Of a stretch of 64,000 nucleotides of DNA, positions 48,366 through 61,399 are shown piece after piece (positions within the stretch are counted from its first letter, which is position 1; each line of letters opens with the position of its first letter). Made by a program: the position numbers and the translations under genes. The notes beneath the pieces were generated by a model. The model was not told where the DNA came from, searched no databases, and saw nothing but the letters and a program-made list of their open reading frames with translations. The stretch is from contig OZ360227.1 of assembly GCA_977017645.1 (NCBI GenBank), positions 154,442,001 to 154,506,000 on the forward strand, given 5' to 3'. This DNA comes from Torpedo marmorata (Eukaryota).

Positions 48366-49609
48366 AAGACAATAAATACTTGTCAAGAATCATGACGTAT
48401 GGGGTACCAACACTCAGAATCTGGACATCAACATGCACAAACAATGTAAGGTACAGAGCATGCACACGTACATGCTTACAACATATAGACACAACACAAA
48501 CACTGACGTACCAACTAGGCTTCCTAATATCTCCTGCATTTATTTTCTTCACTTCAGTGCACCTCAGGCAGCTCATTCACACTAAACTTATCAAATACAA
48601 TTTGTTTTCTGAGAGGTTCACAAAATCCCAGAATACCTTATGAAATATTACAGAACAAGCTTGTTGGAGTGGCTCAATGTAGCATCGAGGAAGCATAAAA
48701 AAGTAGCAACATGCTTTGTCCAAAGAATACTGTTGAGCATTGGGTGCATTATAGGCAATAAAGATTATAAAATGGAATATTAACTAGGTTTGGCCTGCCA
48801 AAGAAAGAGGCACCATAAGTCCCAGGACATAGCCAAATGAAAAATACAAACATCCAATGTCAAACCAAATAAAAGTCTGGCAATTTGTCATTTAGCTGTA
48901 AGAGTTTCTACCTTTGTGATTGGCCATGGAGTGCCAAATAGGCAATGCACATGGGTATTTTAGTTTGTAATAAGATGGCAGTATGACAATGGCTTATAAT
49001 TTAATTAAACCTAAATTCACCTTGTTTTTCCATGCAGAAATGTGTATTTTCTCCCTTAGCTTTATTGAAAGAATAATTTTTGCATTATGTTTTTTGGAAT
49101 ACGGCAAATAGCAAGGCAGAAGTGAACAACCTGAACCATCACCATGGAGGTTAGGTTGTTTTATTTTCCTGCAGAGGGCTTGTTTTTGTGTCTTACGTCA
49201 TAAAAAGCACAATTCAAACATTATCTCTGACACACAGTTCATTCCTGAAGTTAGATTATACAAGCTAAGCAAAACTCATGCAAAATCCTACAGTTTAGCA
49301 AAAGTTATTATGCTGCCATTTGTCTCTGTTTTATTCCAGGCAATTAATTCCTGGTAGCCAATTATCATTGCCTAATGCTAGAATTTATTCCACCTGCTAT
49401 TTTTTCCAACTTTTGTTTCTTTCTCAGGGAAAATGGACAGATTGTGGTCATTCAAGCATCATAGAAGCTATCAAAAACATCAGTACTTTGATTGAGTCAA
49501 TGACTTTTCATTTATTTTGCATATTATATGTTAAATTAGTTTACAATATATATTTTTAATTCTCTTCGGTATAATTGGAAGAAAAACAGGGGTTTAACAC
49601 AGAAAGGAA

Positions 49610-51795
49610 CATTTTGGCCTCTGACAAGGTACCACATAAGAGGCTGGAGAATTAATTAAGAACTCGAGTATTGGAGAAAGTGTGTTGGCAGGAACTGAAA
49701 ACTGGCTGTCACATAGAAAACAAAGACTTGGAATAAATGGGTACTTTTCAGGCTGGACGGATGTAAGTAGTGGAGTACCCCAGGGATTAGTTCTTGATCC
49801 TCCATTGTTTACTATTTACATGAATGAGAAGGGAAAAATGTAAGGTTTTCAAGTTCATTAATAATATGAAAATAGGTGGTTGAACATGTTGTGATGAGGA
49901 CATTGTGATTCCATGACAGAATACAGATAGTTTGAGTGATTTGGTGAAAACCTGGCAAAAGGTGATTAAATAAATATTATCGCCTTCGATAAGGTACCAC
50001 ATGGAAGGTTAGTTAGGAAGGTGCAGTCTTTAGGTATAAATTCTGAGATAGTCAAATGGATTGAACATTGGCTGAAAGGGAGAGACCAGAGAGTGGTAGT
50101 GGATAATTGTCTGTCAGGTTGGAGGCCGGTGACCAGCGGTGTGCCTCAGGGATCTGTATTGGGCCCATTGTTGTTCGTTATATACATTAATGATCTAGAT
50201 GATGGGGTGGTGAACTGGATTAGTAAATATGCAGACGATACTAAGATAGGTGGAATAGTGGATAATGAAGAAGGTTTTCAAGGATTGCAGAGGGATTTGG
50301 GCTGCTTAGAAAAGTGGGCTGAAAAATGGCAGATGGAGTTTAATGCTGAAAAGTGTGAGGTGCTTCATTTTGGTAAGAAGAATCAGAACAGGACATACGT
50401 AGTAAATGGGAGAGCATTGATGAATACAGAAGAGCAGAAAGATTTAGGAGTAACGGTACATCGTTCCCTGAAGGTAGAAACTCATGTGAATAGGGTGGTG
50501 AAGAAGGCTTTTAGTATGCTGGCCTTTATCAATCATTGCATAGAATATAGGAGTTGGGAAGTGATGTTGAGATTATATAAGGCGTTGGTGTGGCCTAATT
50601 TAGAATTCTGTGTGCAGTTCTGGTCGCCAAATTATAGGAAGGATATCAACAGAGTGGAGAGAGTGCAGAGAAGATTTACCAGAATGTTACCTGGGTTTAA
50701 GCATCTAGAGTACAAGGAAAGATTGAGCAGATTAGGTCTTTATTCTTTGGAGCGTAGAAGGTTGAGAGGGGATTTGATAGAGGTATTTAAGATTATGAAA
50801 GGGATAGATAGAGTGGATGTGGATAGACTATTTCCATTAAGAGTAGGAGAGATTGAAACAAGAGGACATGAGTTAAGAGTTAAGGGGCAGAGGTTTAGAG
50901 GTAACATGAGGGGGAACTTCTTTACTCAGAGAGTGGTAGCGGTGTGGAATGAGCTTCCGGGAGAAGTAGTGGCGGCAGAGTCAATTTTATTATTTAAGAA
51001 AAAGTTGGACAGGTATATGGATGAGAAGGAGGTGGAGGGTTATGGGCAGGGTGCAGGTAGGTGGGACTAGATAGGAGTGTTTGGTTCGGTGCGGACTAGA
51101 AGGGCCTAATGGCCTGTTTCCGTGCTGTAGTTGTTATATGGTTATATGGTTACTGTGAATTAGTGAAGTTCAGAGAGATCTTAGCGTTTGAATGCATGAA
51201 TCACAAAATATTCTCAGGCAGGTCCAATACTTAAGAAGGCAAACAGCATGATGGCCTTTATTACAAAGGGGCTGGGGTTTCAAAATTCAGGAGATTATTT
51301 TTAACAATTTTACAGGGAGTTGGTTAGGCCACATCTGGAATCCCATGCCCAGTCTTGGGCCCCTGACCTAAAAAAGGATGCAGTAACTATGGAGACAGTC
51401 CAAAAGAGATTCATCAGACTAATTCCAAGGTCCTATCAAGGACAGTTTGGGTCTGTATTCCTTGAAGTGTAGAAGAATAAGGGGTGACCTTATTCACATT
51501 TGTCAAATCCTAAAGAGGCTTGACAGGGTAGATGTTGAAATGCTTTTTTACTACCGGGAGAGCCATGAACAAGGAGATATAGCTACAAAATCAGGAGCAG
51601 GTCACTTAAAACTGAGGTGTACAGACATTTCTTCTTTTAGCGGGGAGGAAATCACTGGAACTGAAGGTGTAAGGAATTATGTGGAAGTGGTAGAGAAAAG
51701 GAGTTGAGGCCAGCATAGATCATCCATGATCATATTGAATGGTGAGACAGGCTTGAAGGAGCTGGTGGCCTACTGTTGCTCCTATTTTCTTTTGT
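49610..51795 (+). mobile_element. Old CR1 LINE, split by a younger CR1 insertion
   Basis: DKVPHKRL, SGVPQGLVL, then after 51160 VQRDL, KKANSMMAFI, VQKRFIRLIP and GLYSLKCRRIRGDLI, with many lesions. Confidence 0.8.
49981..51151 (+). mobile_element. Young CR1 (HER1-like) LINE, 5'-truncated, unbroken RT frame to 51070
   Basis: AFDKVPHGRL, SGVPQGSVLGPLLF, KYADDTK, YSLERRRLRGDLIE, FFTQRVV..WN; tail GGCCTGTTTCCGTGCTGTA followed by (GTTATATG) repeats. Confidence 0.95.
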
Positions 51796-52049
51796 GCAAA
51801 ATGTGTCTATAGGGTCTGAACTGGAGTATTCAAGTAAAGCCATATTAACTGCAATTTTAACAGAAAATACAAGGAAATTAATTATATGAATCAAATATAA
51901 AAAAACCATCAAATTTACTGTTCAATTGAATACAAATTAAAGCACTTTAAAAAAAAAAAAGATGGGAACTGTCTTGATGAGTTTGTTGAAATAAATCATA
52001 TCTAAACATGTGTTCATCTAATCTGAACCCAGGTACTGTAATAATATGT

Positions 52050-52990
52050 TTATTTAAACTGAGCATATACTCTATAAAAGCATCCATTTAAATATAATGC
52101 AGGTACTATACAGACAATTGTATTCAATAGAGCACATAAAGCAGAAACAAACATTAAAATACAGCACATGCTGAGTAAATGTGTCCTCCTAAATAGAGCA
52201 TATATTGTATAAACATGCTCACTTAAATAGAGCATGCACTACCTGAATGATTTTGTATTGTCCATATTAAAAAAATCAATGTTCCCATTTAAGTAAAGTG
52301 TATATGCTATATAATCACCTCAATGTCAAACACATCTGCACAAATATGTTCCTTTAAACAGAATAAATGGTTGTCATATTAACATATTTAGTTTGGCATA
52401 TCCTACATAAATTGGTGCAATAAAATATAACGTAACATATAACTGTTAATTATTATAAAGCACAGCTTTCAGATAAACTAACGTATTCAGGCAGAGCACA
52501 CAATATATAAATGTTTTAAATAGATCGCATATTGCAGGAAGACATCCATTTAGAAAGAGCACAGTTATTACATAAACATCCTTTTAATTGATGCATTCAG
52601 TACAAACACATCCTTTTAAATAGTTACTAGATAATTATACACACTTGTACAGACGACCTGTAAAACCACTTGGGGGAAGTACCAGAGGGTCATCTGAACT
52701 TAATGGAACTGTCCCCTAGCATGAGTCTTTACATTCAGGAGAGGAATAGTCTGGGGAGAAAATTGGAGGAAGAGGAAAGTAGTAAACACTGCATAAGTGT
52801 GAATATTGAATTACAGAATACAATTTAGAATTTCTGATTTAAACCACATCAAAGGTACTGTACAAACTGGTACATTCACAGATTGCATAATCATGCTATT
52901 TAAGACAGAATGTATACAGTACTTCATAAATGTATCATTTATGTAGAATGTACTGTTAACTGTGTTATTTGAAAGAGATCACAGGCACTG
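52050..52990. repeat. Highly degenerate ~30-36 bp AT-rich tandem array
   Basis: Recurring TTTAAATAGAGCA(T/C)A....TATAAACAT..CA units, interrupted at ~52650-52800. Confidence 0.6.
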
Positions 52991-55900
52991 TCGAAATGTC
53001 TCAAGTGAAACCAACCAAAAACTGTTTTAGCGTGTTTTATTAAGCATGATATTAAATTTTAACTGTCCATATGTACTGGAATTGTCTTGGGCAGTTTGAC
53101 ATACCAAAATATACATAAGTGTGCAAATGACATCGCCCACTGTTCCAAAGCATTGAATGACGTTTTCTCCTTGCCCTCACTTCCATCCAAAAATACGATT
53201 GTAACCACAACTTTTTAATGTAAGGGCACATCTACCTTACATTTCTTATTATTTTAATAAAGCCATTCAACTCTGAGGTTCACAATCATAAGAGCAAAGG
53301 ATCAAAGCTTGCATAAATCATACTTTGCTTATTTCTAATGCCATTTGCAAATGGAGCGTCTGTGCAGGAAATGCATAGTATCAAATCCTGCAAGCCTGTG
53401 GAACAATTTTCAGCACTTGTTCAGGTGCAGATCACCACAATGAGTTAACACGTTCCATGTACAACCATCACACCACAGTTAACTTAATTTCTTCTTCATG
53501 AAAAAAAAACTTTATCTGCTTCTACAACTTGAAACCAGGAACTATTAAGACGGCTCCCTGCTTGTATTAATGCTTCAGGAGACTATTCCAAGTCTTAGAT
53601 GAAATTCAATGTGAGAAAACATCCTCACATAGCCTAAATATTTAGCAAACACTTTCACCTGCAGACTGCATGTGGAGAAGGAGGTAATTGTTCATTTAAG
53701 CACTATCTTGTGTTTGAGGGGGATAAATTATGTTGTCACTGACTGAAATTAAGAGCAATTTCTGCAGACAATTTCCCAATTTTCAATGCTCATTGCAATT
53801 TTATTTTTAAAAATACTTGCACCTGTTTTCTCATTTGGACAAATTATTTTTGGTGCAAAGGTAGAGAAGCTAAATATAATCGATGTTTTTAATCAACCGT
53901 ACTGAAGATGGGTAGAAAAGAAGCGATTATATTCCAAACGAAAGAGATTTTTTTGCCCTTAAATTATTTTATTTCACATTACCTATATCACAAAGTAAAA
54001 CTGCAACATTCCATTTTCAATTTGTAATTACTTTATTATCACCTTCCTGGGAATGAGTTACTCTTTTTATAATTATTATTAATTAATCTTGCCTCATCAC
54101 TAAATAAAAGGAGCAATAATGTAAAAATTAATTAAAACATCAAAATACACATTAATTCACAAAAAAGAATTTCGGTGGTCACAATTTAATTTGATTTCTG
54201 CATTCATTTCACACAGTTAAACTGACTTCATACTCAATTTGAATTCTATTAAAATTCTGCAATGTTCTGTTGTTCTGAGGGCTGCTTTTTAACCTTTGCC
54301 TGAGATACACCTGAACATCCAGGCACTTCTGTCAAACATCATTTTTAATTTAATTTTTTAAAATAAAATGGCCCTTCATTCCTAATTTCATTCTCAATCC
54401 CAAAACTTTTCAACTGGTTATCCTCAAAGCTGTTAAATAACAAAAGTAGTAGCATCGGGGAATTCAACATTCAAAGGGCTCAGACAGTTTAAACAAACTT
54501 AGCTGGAGAGGATCAGAGGTATGCAGCCATTTTATTCAGTCAAATGGGATGTAGAGAGAGAGTATGGAGCTTAGAGAAAAATATCAAGGATTCCATACTA
54601 TTAACTTGTAAAACTGACTTTACCGAAGAGACCTGATCCTAACAAAACGGAATTATACTTCTTTCAAGATCATTCCAATACTGAATCATTAAAATATGCA
54701 TCCTTTGCATGTCCTCTGCCTATTTAAGGCAGAATGTATCTTGTGTTTCACTGTGTGCATATATCAGGCCCCTTTAATAAATATTCACGATCACCCTTTT
54801 TATAGATAATTAGAAAATTATCAACAATTTAATGCTGGACAATTTTAACAAACACCATGCTATTCCATAGATTCCATTGAATCCATTGCATCTCTGTAAT
54901 TTAAAAAAATCTTTACATAATAGTGTTATTCCACAAGTTAGAGAAAATGTAAAATCTTGAGGAAAAAGGATCCCAATTGTCCTCTGTGGAAACAATTTCA
55001 AAATATTGCAGAACTACTTTTATACTGTATATAGCATAATCCAAATTGAGTGAATTCTGCACATACCACTGTCCCATTTGCAGCAAAATAGCGATGTTTA
55101 TTTTAACTTTAACTACTGTATATGAATATTAAAGTCATTAAAGATGAGTTCTATGAGACATATTTTATTATTGTGGATTAACCTGGTCCTTGTAATGCGT
55201 AATGGCAATCAATGGAGCATGGCTTGCTGATGGGAGACGCTGATGCTACACCAAAGCTGATCCAAACTAAAAACTGTGCTATGGACTGGAAAGATGATTG
55301 CCACTGAGGAGATAGTAAGTATGCATTTAGGAAAAAGTAGACAATTAAACATATACCTATTGCAAATGAACAAACAGCTGGCAGTGAGTTGAATACGAAG
55401 AAGGATTTGTAATGACTTTCATTAACCACTTGAATTCAGCTCTCCCAATTCATGATGTCATTGGAAGCATTGGACTGAGCCTTGTAACTCACTGACAGAC
55501 ATCTGGTATCTTTGTGTGTGATATATATTAAGTAGAACCTTTATATAAGCAGAGGAGCTTACCACTTCATAGACACTGAGGGTACACTGAAGTGGGCATG
55601 TTAACCACAGGACACAATGAACAAACCTGTCCCCCATTCTCAGGTCAGTAAAGTAAAATCAATGCAGGCAAACCTCAGTGCTACTCATGATGATATTCCC
55701 TGCTTCACTTGCACGTCAATCCACTTGAGAAAATATAACTGACAGTACAAACAGCCAATCATCTGTGATGTCAACATCTTCGTTTCAACCACCTCAGCGG
55801 AAGCGTGAGATATCCGGTGAGAAATAGACCAGACCCAAATTATGGATCTGAACATCTATTTTTAAAGAACAAATCTTTACCTTCTTGGCTCAGAACAGGA

Positions 55901-58900
55901 ATCCATTTGCCCACCACAGGACACTGATAGCCCACAAACACATTGTCAGTGACATGGCTTGTAACTGGAGCACACATTTAACTTTAATCATTTGATCTCA
56001 ATGGAATTTCATTTCTACCACCTCTCAAACTGAGGAATGAGGTGTGATTGTATCCATTCAAAGTATTCAGCAAAGAGAATAGGACCAGAGAGAGCTGAGG
56101 GTTCACATCAGATTTCCACAACCTTATTTAAACAGATGCTTTGAGGATGTATAACAGTGATGGAAGGTGGGAGCATCTTTTAACATGCAATTCAAATATC
56201 TAGAAACTTTTACACTATGGATTAAACTATTGATTTTTAAGCTTTGATGTTTACAAGCTTAAAAAGTTTTTTTTTAAAAAACAGACTATCAGGGTTTGTT
56301 CAAGAAGGACAAGAGCTAGGGAAAGGAGTGAATTGTGACAGAGGAAATGCCTTCTTCAAAATGTAGTTGGCTTTGAATTATTTGAATACCAATTATGTTT
56401 TTCAACTTGTATCCCAAGAATCTCACTATTATTTTCAAATCATGAAGTTCCTTTGCTTTTAAAGGCCCAAAGTTAAATTCCTTTCTCCAAGGATAGGCAA
56501 ATTTTATAGGGGGGTTTATATACAGTATATTCCTTAAAAGTAATTTCCGATGATGATGCATACAATGTCACTGACAAGTGAGGAGGTATATTTTTGGATG
56601 TGACTGTCAGAAGCTGTATGTCAATGCACATGTATCTGTGTATTTATATACATGACATCTATGCCACAGTGTGCATCTATAAGTAACTCTACCCTCTCTA
56701 TGTGTGAATCTATTTGCAAGTATCACTTATGATTCTGATTTCCCACTTTTCATCTGTGCTTTTGCATCAGATTATTATCTTCTATGTCCAGCTCCTTTCT
56801 CTCGCTCTCTCCATGATCAACAACATCCTCAGAAACAATGTAATTTAACAGAATCTCTTGAATATTAGAATAATTTTGGCTGGAATGTCAAACATAGCAC
56901 AGGCTATTCTTCCTCAGTAGAGGATAACTTCAGTTGATGTATTAGCTTACGTGGACGGCAAACTATTTCAAATTTTGGACAACTTTCAAGCAGGTGGGGG
57001 TGGGGTGAACATGTGAATTTGAACGGGAGATGAATGTGTCACGACCTCTTTGGGGATATTCACCATAATATAACGCTATGGAAACTATGACAACTGTAGA
57101 TGTCATGACTTAACGTAATGCCACCAACCTTTTCATAACTGGTGTGGCTTTTGATTTTTGACAGGGAACAAAGTACCTGCTTTTGGGTGCTTTACATTGA
57201 CTGTGGTTCACTGCAAATTCGCACCCTGACCTGCGTGCATGCTTTCCAGACAAGAGACGCTTCCCTTGACTACCTCTGGGAAGCACCAACCACATTTAAA
57301 TCTCATCGCAAACACTTCTTTTTAAAACAGCAACATGAGGGGAACTATNNNNNNNNNNNNNNNNNNNNNNNNNNNNNNNNNNNNNNNNNNNNNNNNNNNN
57401 NNNNNNNNNNNNNNNNNNNNNNNNNNNNNNNNNNNNNNNNNNNNNNNNNNNNNNNNNNNNNNNNNNNNNNNNNNNNNNNNNNNNNNNNCAGTCTGGTAAC
57501 AGAGTTCCTTCCCTGCACCTTGAAAAAAAGGTCTGAAGAGCAGATAAGAATAACCCGAGCATTAAATCAAGTAAAACTGTGACAAGGCCCATATATGCAT
57601 GGACAATGCCAGTGAGGCATCTCCAATCTTTTGTTCACAGCTTAACAAAACTCTCTGGTCACACCACTTTAGCTCAACACAGCCTGTCGAAAAGCCATCA
57701 ATAGATACCCAGTGCCTGTCAAATGTAGAGCTGAAGAAAAGTATTTCAAAGAATGTTTAACTTATAAGGTGAACCTTTATTACTTGAATGGACCTAGGAC
57801 ATACATTTTTCAGCCATTCAACTGCCCAGGCACTATCAAAGAACCATTCAGAAACCGAGGAGGTCCGTGCACTTTTTCTTCACAACACACCCAATAATTT
57901 CCATCGTGTCTCAACAGAGATATTTTCTTTTAATCACAGTGGACACCTTAGGCTGTTTTATTTCATTTCTAATTTACTGCATTTTTATTAAAAGAGGTAT
58001 GATTTTAGTTCTTGGAAATCTAATAAAACTTTTTTTTAAAAAACTACTTCACCCTGGCACACATTACTTCACTGAATGATATCCTACTTTTGCATACATG
58101 TAACTTTACGAAGGAACTATTTGAGGTTGACGAGGCCTTTTTGCAGTTCTTTAGAAATCCCTACCAATTGTCACCCAGTGAATATCAAAGAAAGAAAACA
58201 CAATGTTTATTTATAATGAATGATAACTTCAGAATGTTTTTTTAATGGTCTCACTACAAAACTAGAAAAAAAGTAATATTTCAAAAGCTTTCACTTTAAC
58301 TTTGGAACAGTGCTTTTTAACATAAATTCCTTTCTTTTTTCTGCCTCCAGATTGTTATAATTTTGATTTACTCTATTTCAACCTCACTTCACTATCCAAT
58401 GAAACTCATATCCCCAAAATGTAAAACAATCATACAACCACACACTAGAATTGATGAAGTGCCTTGAGTCGCTGCTGACCTGCTCTGTTAGGCCTGATCT
58501 TTTTTTTCCACAGAAGCCATGAAGCTTTGTTTCTTTCACCCTGCTGCTGTCAATTCGCTGCCTATGTGCTGTCTCTTTCCCAGTCCCAACCCTGTCAGTT
58601 TCTGGGCTGCCAATTTCAACTTGAAGCTTGACTGGGCTGATTTGATGTAAATACCTCGAGGGAGAACCTTGAAACTGATGAACAGTTATGTCAAGTCGAT
58701 TTTGCACTGTCGGGAAAAGGTAACCTCTGCACAAAAAACAACAAGGTTAAAGAGATGGGGGCTTTGCACGTGGATTACGCTTCTCATACACCATGCTGTT
58801 TACCATCCCTTGGAAATTGTAACTGTCAGTATAAGTCCTAATTGCGGATGCAAAACCTGCCATTATAATAAAAACGGAGGCAGTGCAGACATTAAGTGTT

Positions 58901-58994
58901 ACAGCCTAATTTGTGAGACTACTGAAAAGGTAGTGCAGATGAATATTTCATTACATTAATTACTGAAGACAACTCCTTCCTGCCAGCCACAGAT

Positions 58995-59195
58995 GTGTGT
59001 GTCTCTCTCTCACTCTCTCTCTCTCTTTCTCTCTCTCTCTCGGTACAGTAGCCAGCAAGATACTGTTTAACACACCAAAGTGAAGCAATTCCATACGTGT
59101 AAAGATGTGTATGCACGGTGCATTAGGCACACACACACACACACATGCGCGCACACACACACACACAAACGCGTGCACACACTCACACACACATG
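58995..59195. repeat. (CT)n and (CA)n microsatellites
   Basis: Direct reading. Confidence 0.9.
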
Positions 59196-61399
59196 CGCTT
59201 CTGCAGTTTCAAAGGTGTTAAGAGGACAGAAAGGGTAAGCGGTTCCTGCATGTTATTTGGGCAAGTCTAAATGTGCTCTCTGAATGGACATCATGGAGTT
59301 TTTTTCCAAGCCAAATGCAAGGAGGACTTCACACTCTGACTAATATGCTGAAAGCAAAATCTGCTGGATTAGTAAGGCTACTGGATACTAGAATCGGGGC
59401 ATAGAAAATTGTACAAAGGTTGAATTCAGTTCGGTTGCATCTTCAAGAGTCATTAAGTTGACAAGGGCCATCTGAGCTAGCCTTCTCTGCACTGCCTTTT
59501 CTTTAGTGTTTGTTCCTAAAATAAATAAGACTCCTCATTCAGGTAAACTTTGCTTTCCCTTTCCAAACCAATGTAGAGTTTGAAGAGTTCCCATATTGCA
59601 GAAACTGGGAATTCAAGTGTGTTACCTACTTGTGTTACATTTGCCTTACTGTGTGTGATGAACCAATACAACATCTCAGACAATTCAATTTTTTAATGTC
59701 ACCATATATATTCCATGTCAAATGGAAAGAAATTTGAAAGACAATAAATGCCTCACAAAGTGGGTATCCATAGGACCTGCCAATTGTTCAAAGTATCCAA
59801 ACATTTTGAGTAAAAAAAACTGCAGGTAATGCCTTGAGAACTTCTCCCTCCCAGATTTAGAATGTTTTGTTTTGTTACAAACGTACCTACTATTGAGCAA
59901 TGATCACTTGACTGTGGTAAGAAAATTGACCCATGTTTTGTAAGTTGCTATCAAAAAAACACAACACTTGAAAAATAAAAACAATGATTCACAGAATTCT
60001 AAAAAAATACTGTTTTGATAAAAGAATGAATGAGAACAATCTTTACCTAAATTATCAAAAACACAAACATTTGAAGATAGGACATTCGATTGAACTTTGC
60101 TGGTGTCAGCACAGATGTCTGTGGGTTACATCACCAGATTAAAGAGGCACATGTGCCCAGGCTTTTTATTGTATAAGTAGATGTTGCTGTCTTAAGAACA
60201 AATGGAGACTATGGTGAGACCTCTGAAATCACCGAGCCATTTACATGTGACTTTCTATTGCAGGTACAAAGGGGTTCAAACAGCACAAGATAAATCTTTC
60301 ATTGCAATTACCACATACTCTCTGAGGAAGTGCTGGTCAGGACCACAATTTAACAGCATTGAATGCTGTGACCAGATAAACTTAAAAGAACTTAATAAAC
60401 ATTTATATTTAAGCTTCACAGGATTCTGTGCATTATATTTCATGAGATTAACATATTCAATGAATTATAACATAAATAAAAGCTCTTCCAAACATTTTAA
60501 ATGCATGCACGTGTGGACATATCTATCTCATTGTGCATTTTATTCATGTTTTACGTGCATTTTAGCTATGAAATGAAATGTCATCAGATTTTAGGGGGGC
60601 TAAGTAAGGGGGAATGTTTTAAAATGAGAGTTTGATTTGTGGTGAATGATTTTCTCAATTTATCTGCGTTGTTTTAGGGAGGGATCTGACTGCATCAAAA
60701 TAGTTCCCCACTGAGGAAAGGTCAGCTCTGGAGACACCCTATGTCACTGCTTCATACATCTTTAATGGTCGCTACAATACAAGGTGCTGGAGGACAGAAT
60801 ATCTACCACCTTGCTTGAAGTCCTGGTGCACGCTTTAGCGAGTGAAAAGCGAACAGATATGACGGTAGTAAAACTTTGTCTACTTCATGAGGTTAATAAG
60901 AAAAAGATGGTTTAAAATTAAGTTCACATGTCAGAATATATGAAGTATTGAAATTCATGTTAATAAATAAATAAATGGCTTGTATTCTGGATGTCATGAT
61001 ATCTTAATGTGTCAATCTGCTATCGATTGTTCATTCTGGCAGTGACCTTGCCAGAAGTGCTCTTCTACCTAACAATCAAATGCACAATGCCCTATGTCAC
61101 CATTATAGCTCAAAACTCGTGTTTCAATACAGAGCCCAGAGCAGGAAATAGCTGCAGCAACTTACCCCACTCACAGCACTTGCTCTGTCACTTTCCATTT
61201 CTCATCCCAAATAATTNNNNNNNNNNNNNNNNNNNNNNNNNNNNNNNNNNNNNNNNNNNNNNNNNNNNNNNNNNNNNNNNNNNNNNNNNNNNNNNNNNNN
61301 NNNNNNNNNNNNNNNNNNNNNNNNNNNNNNNNNNNNNNNNNNNNNNNNNTTTCTACTACTAGTTCTCTTTTGTCGTTATCTGTTATTTCAGCAACTATC

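Noticed and set aside
52050-52990. CRISPR-like array
   Set aside because: Eukaryotic context, no conserved repeat with unique spacers, and no cas genes
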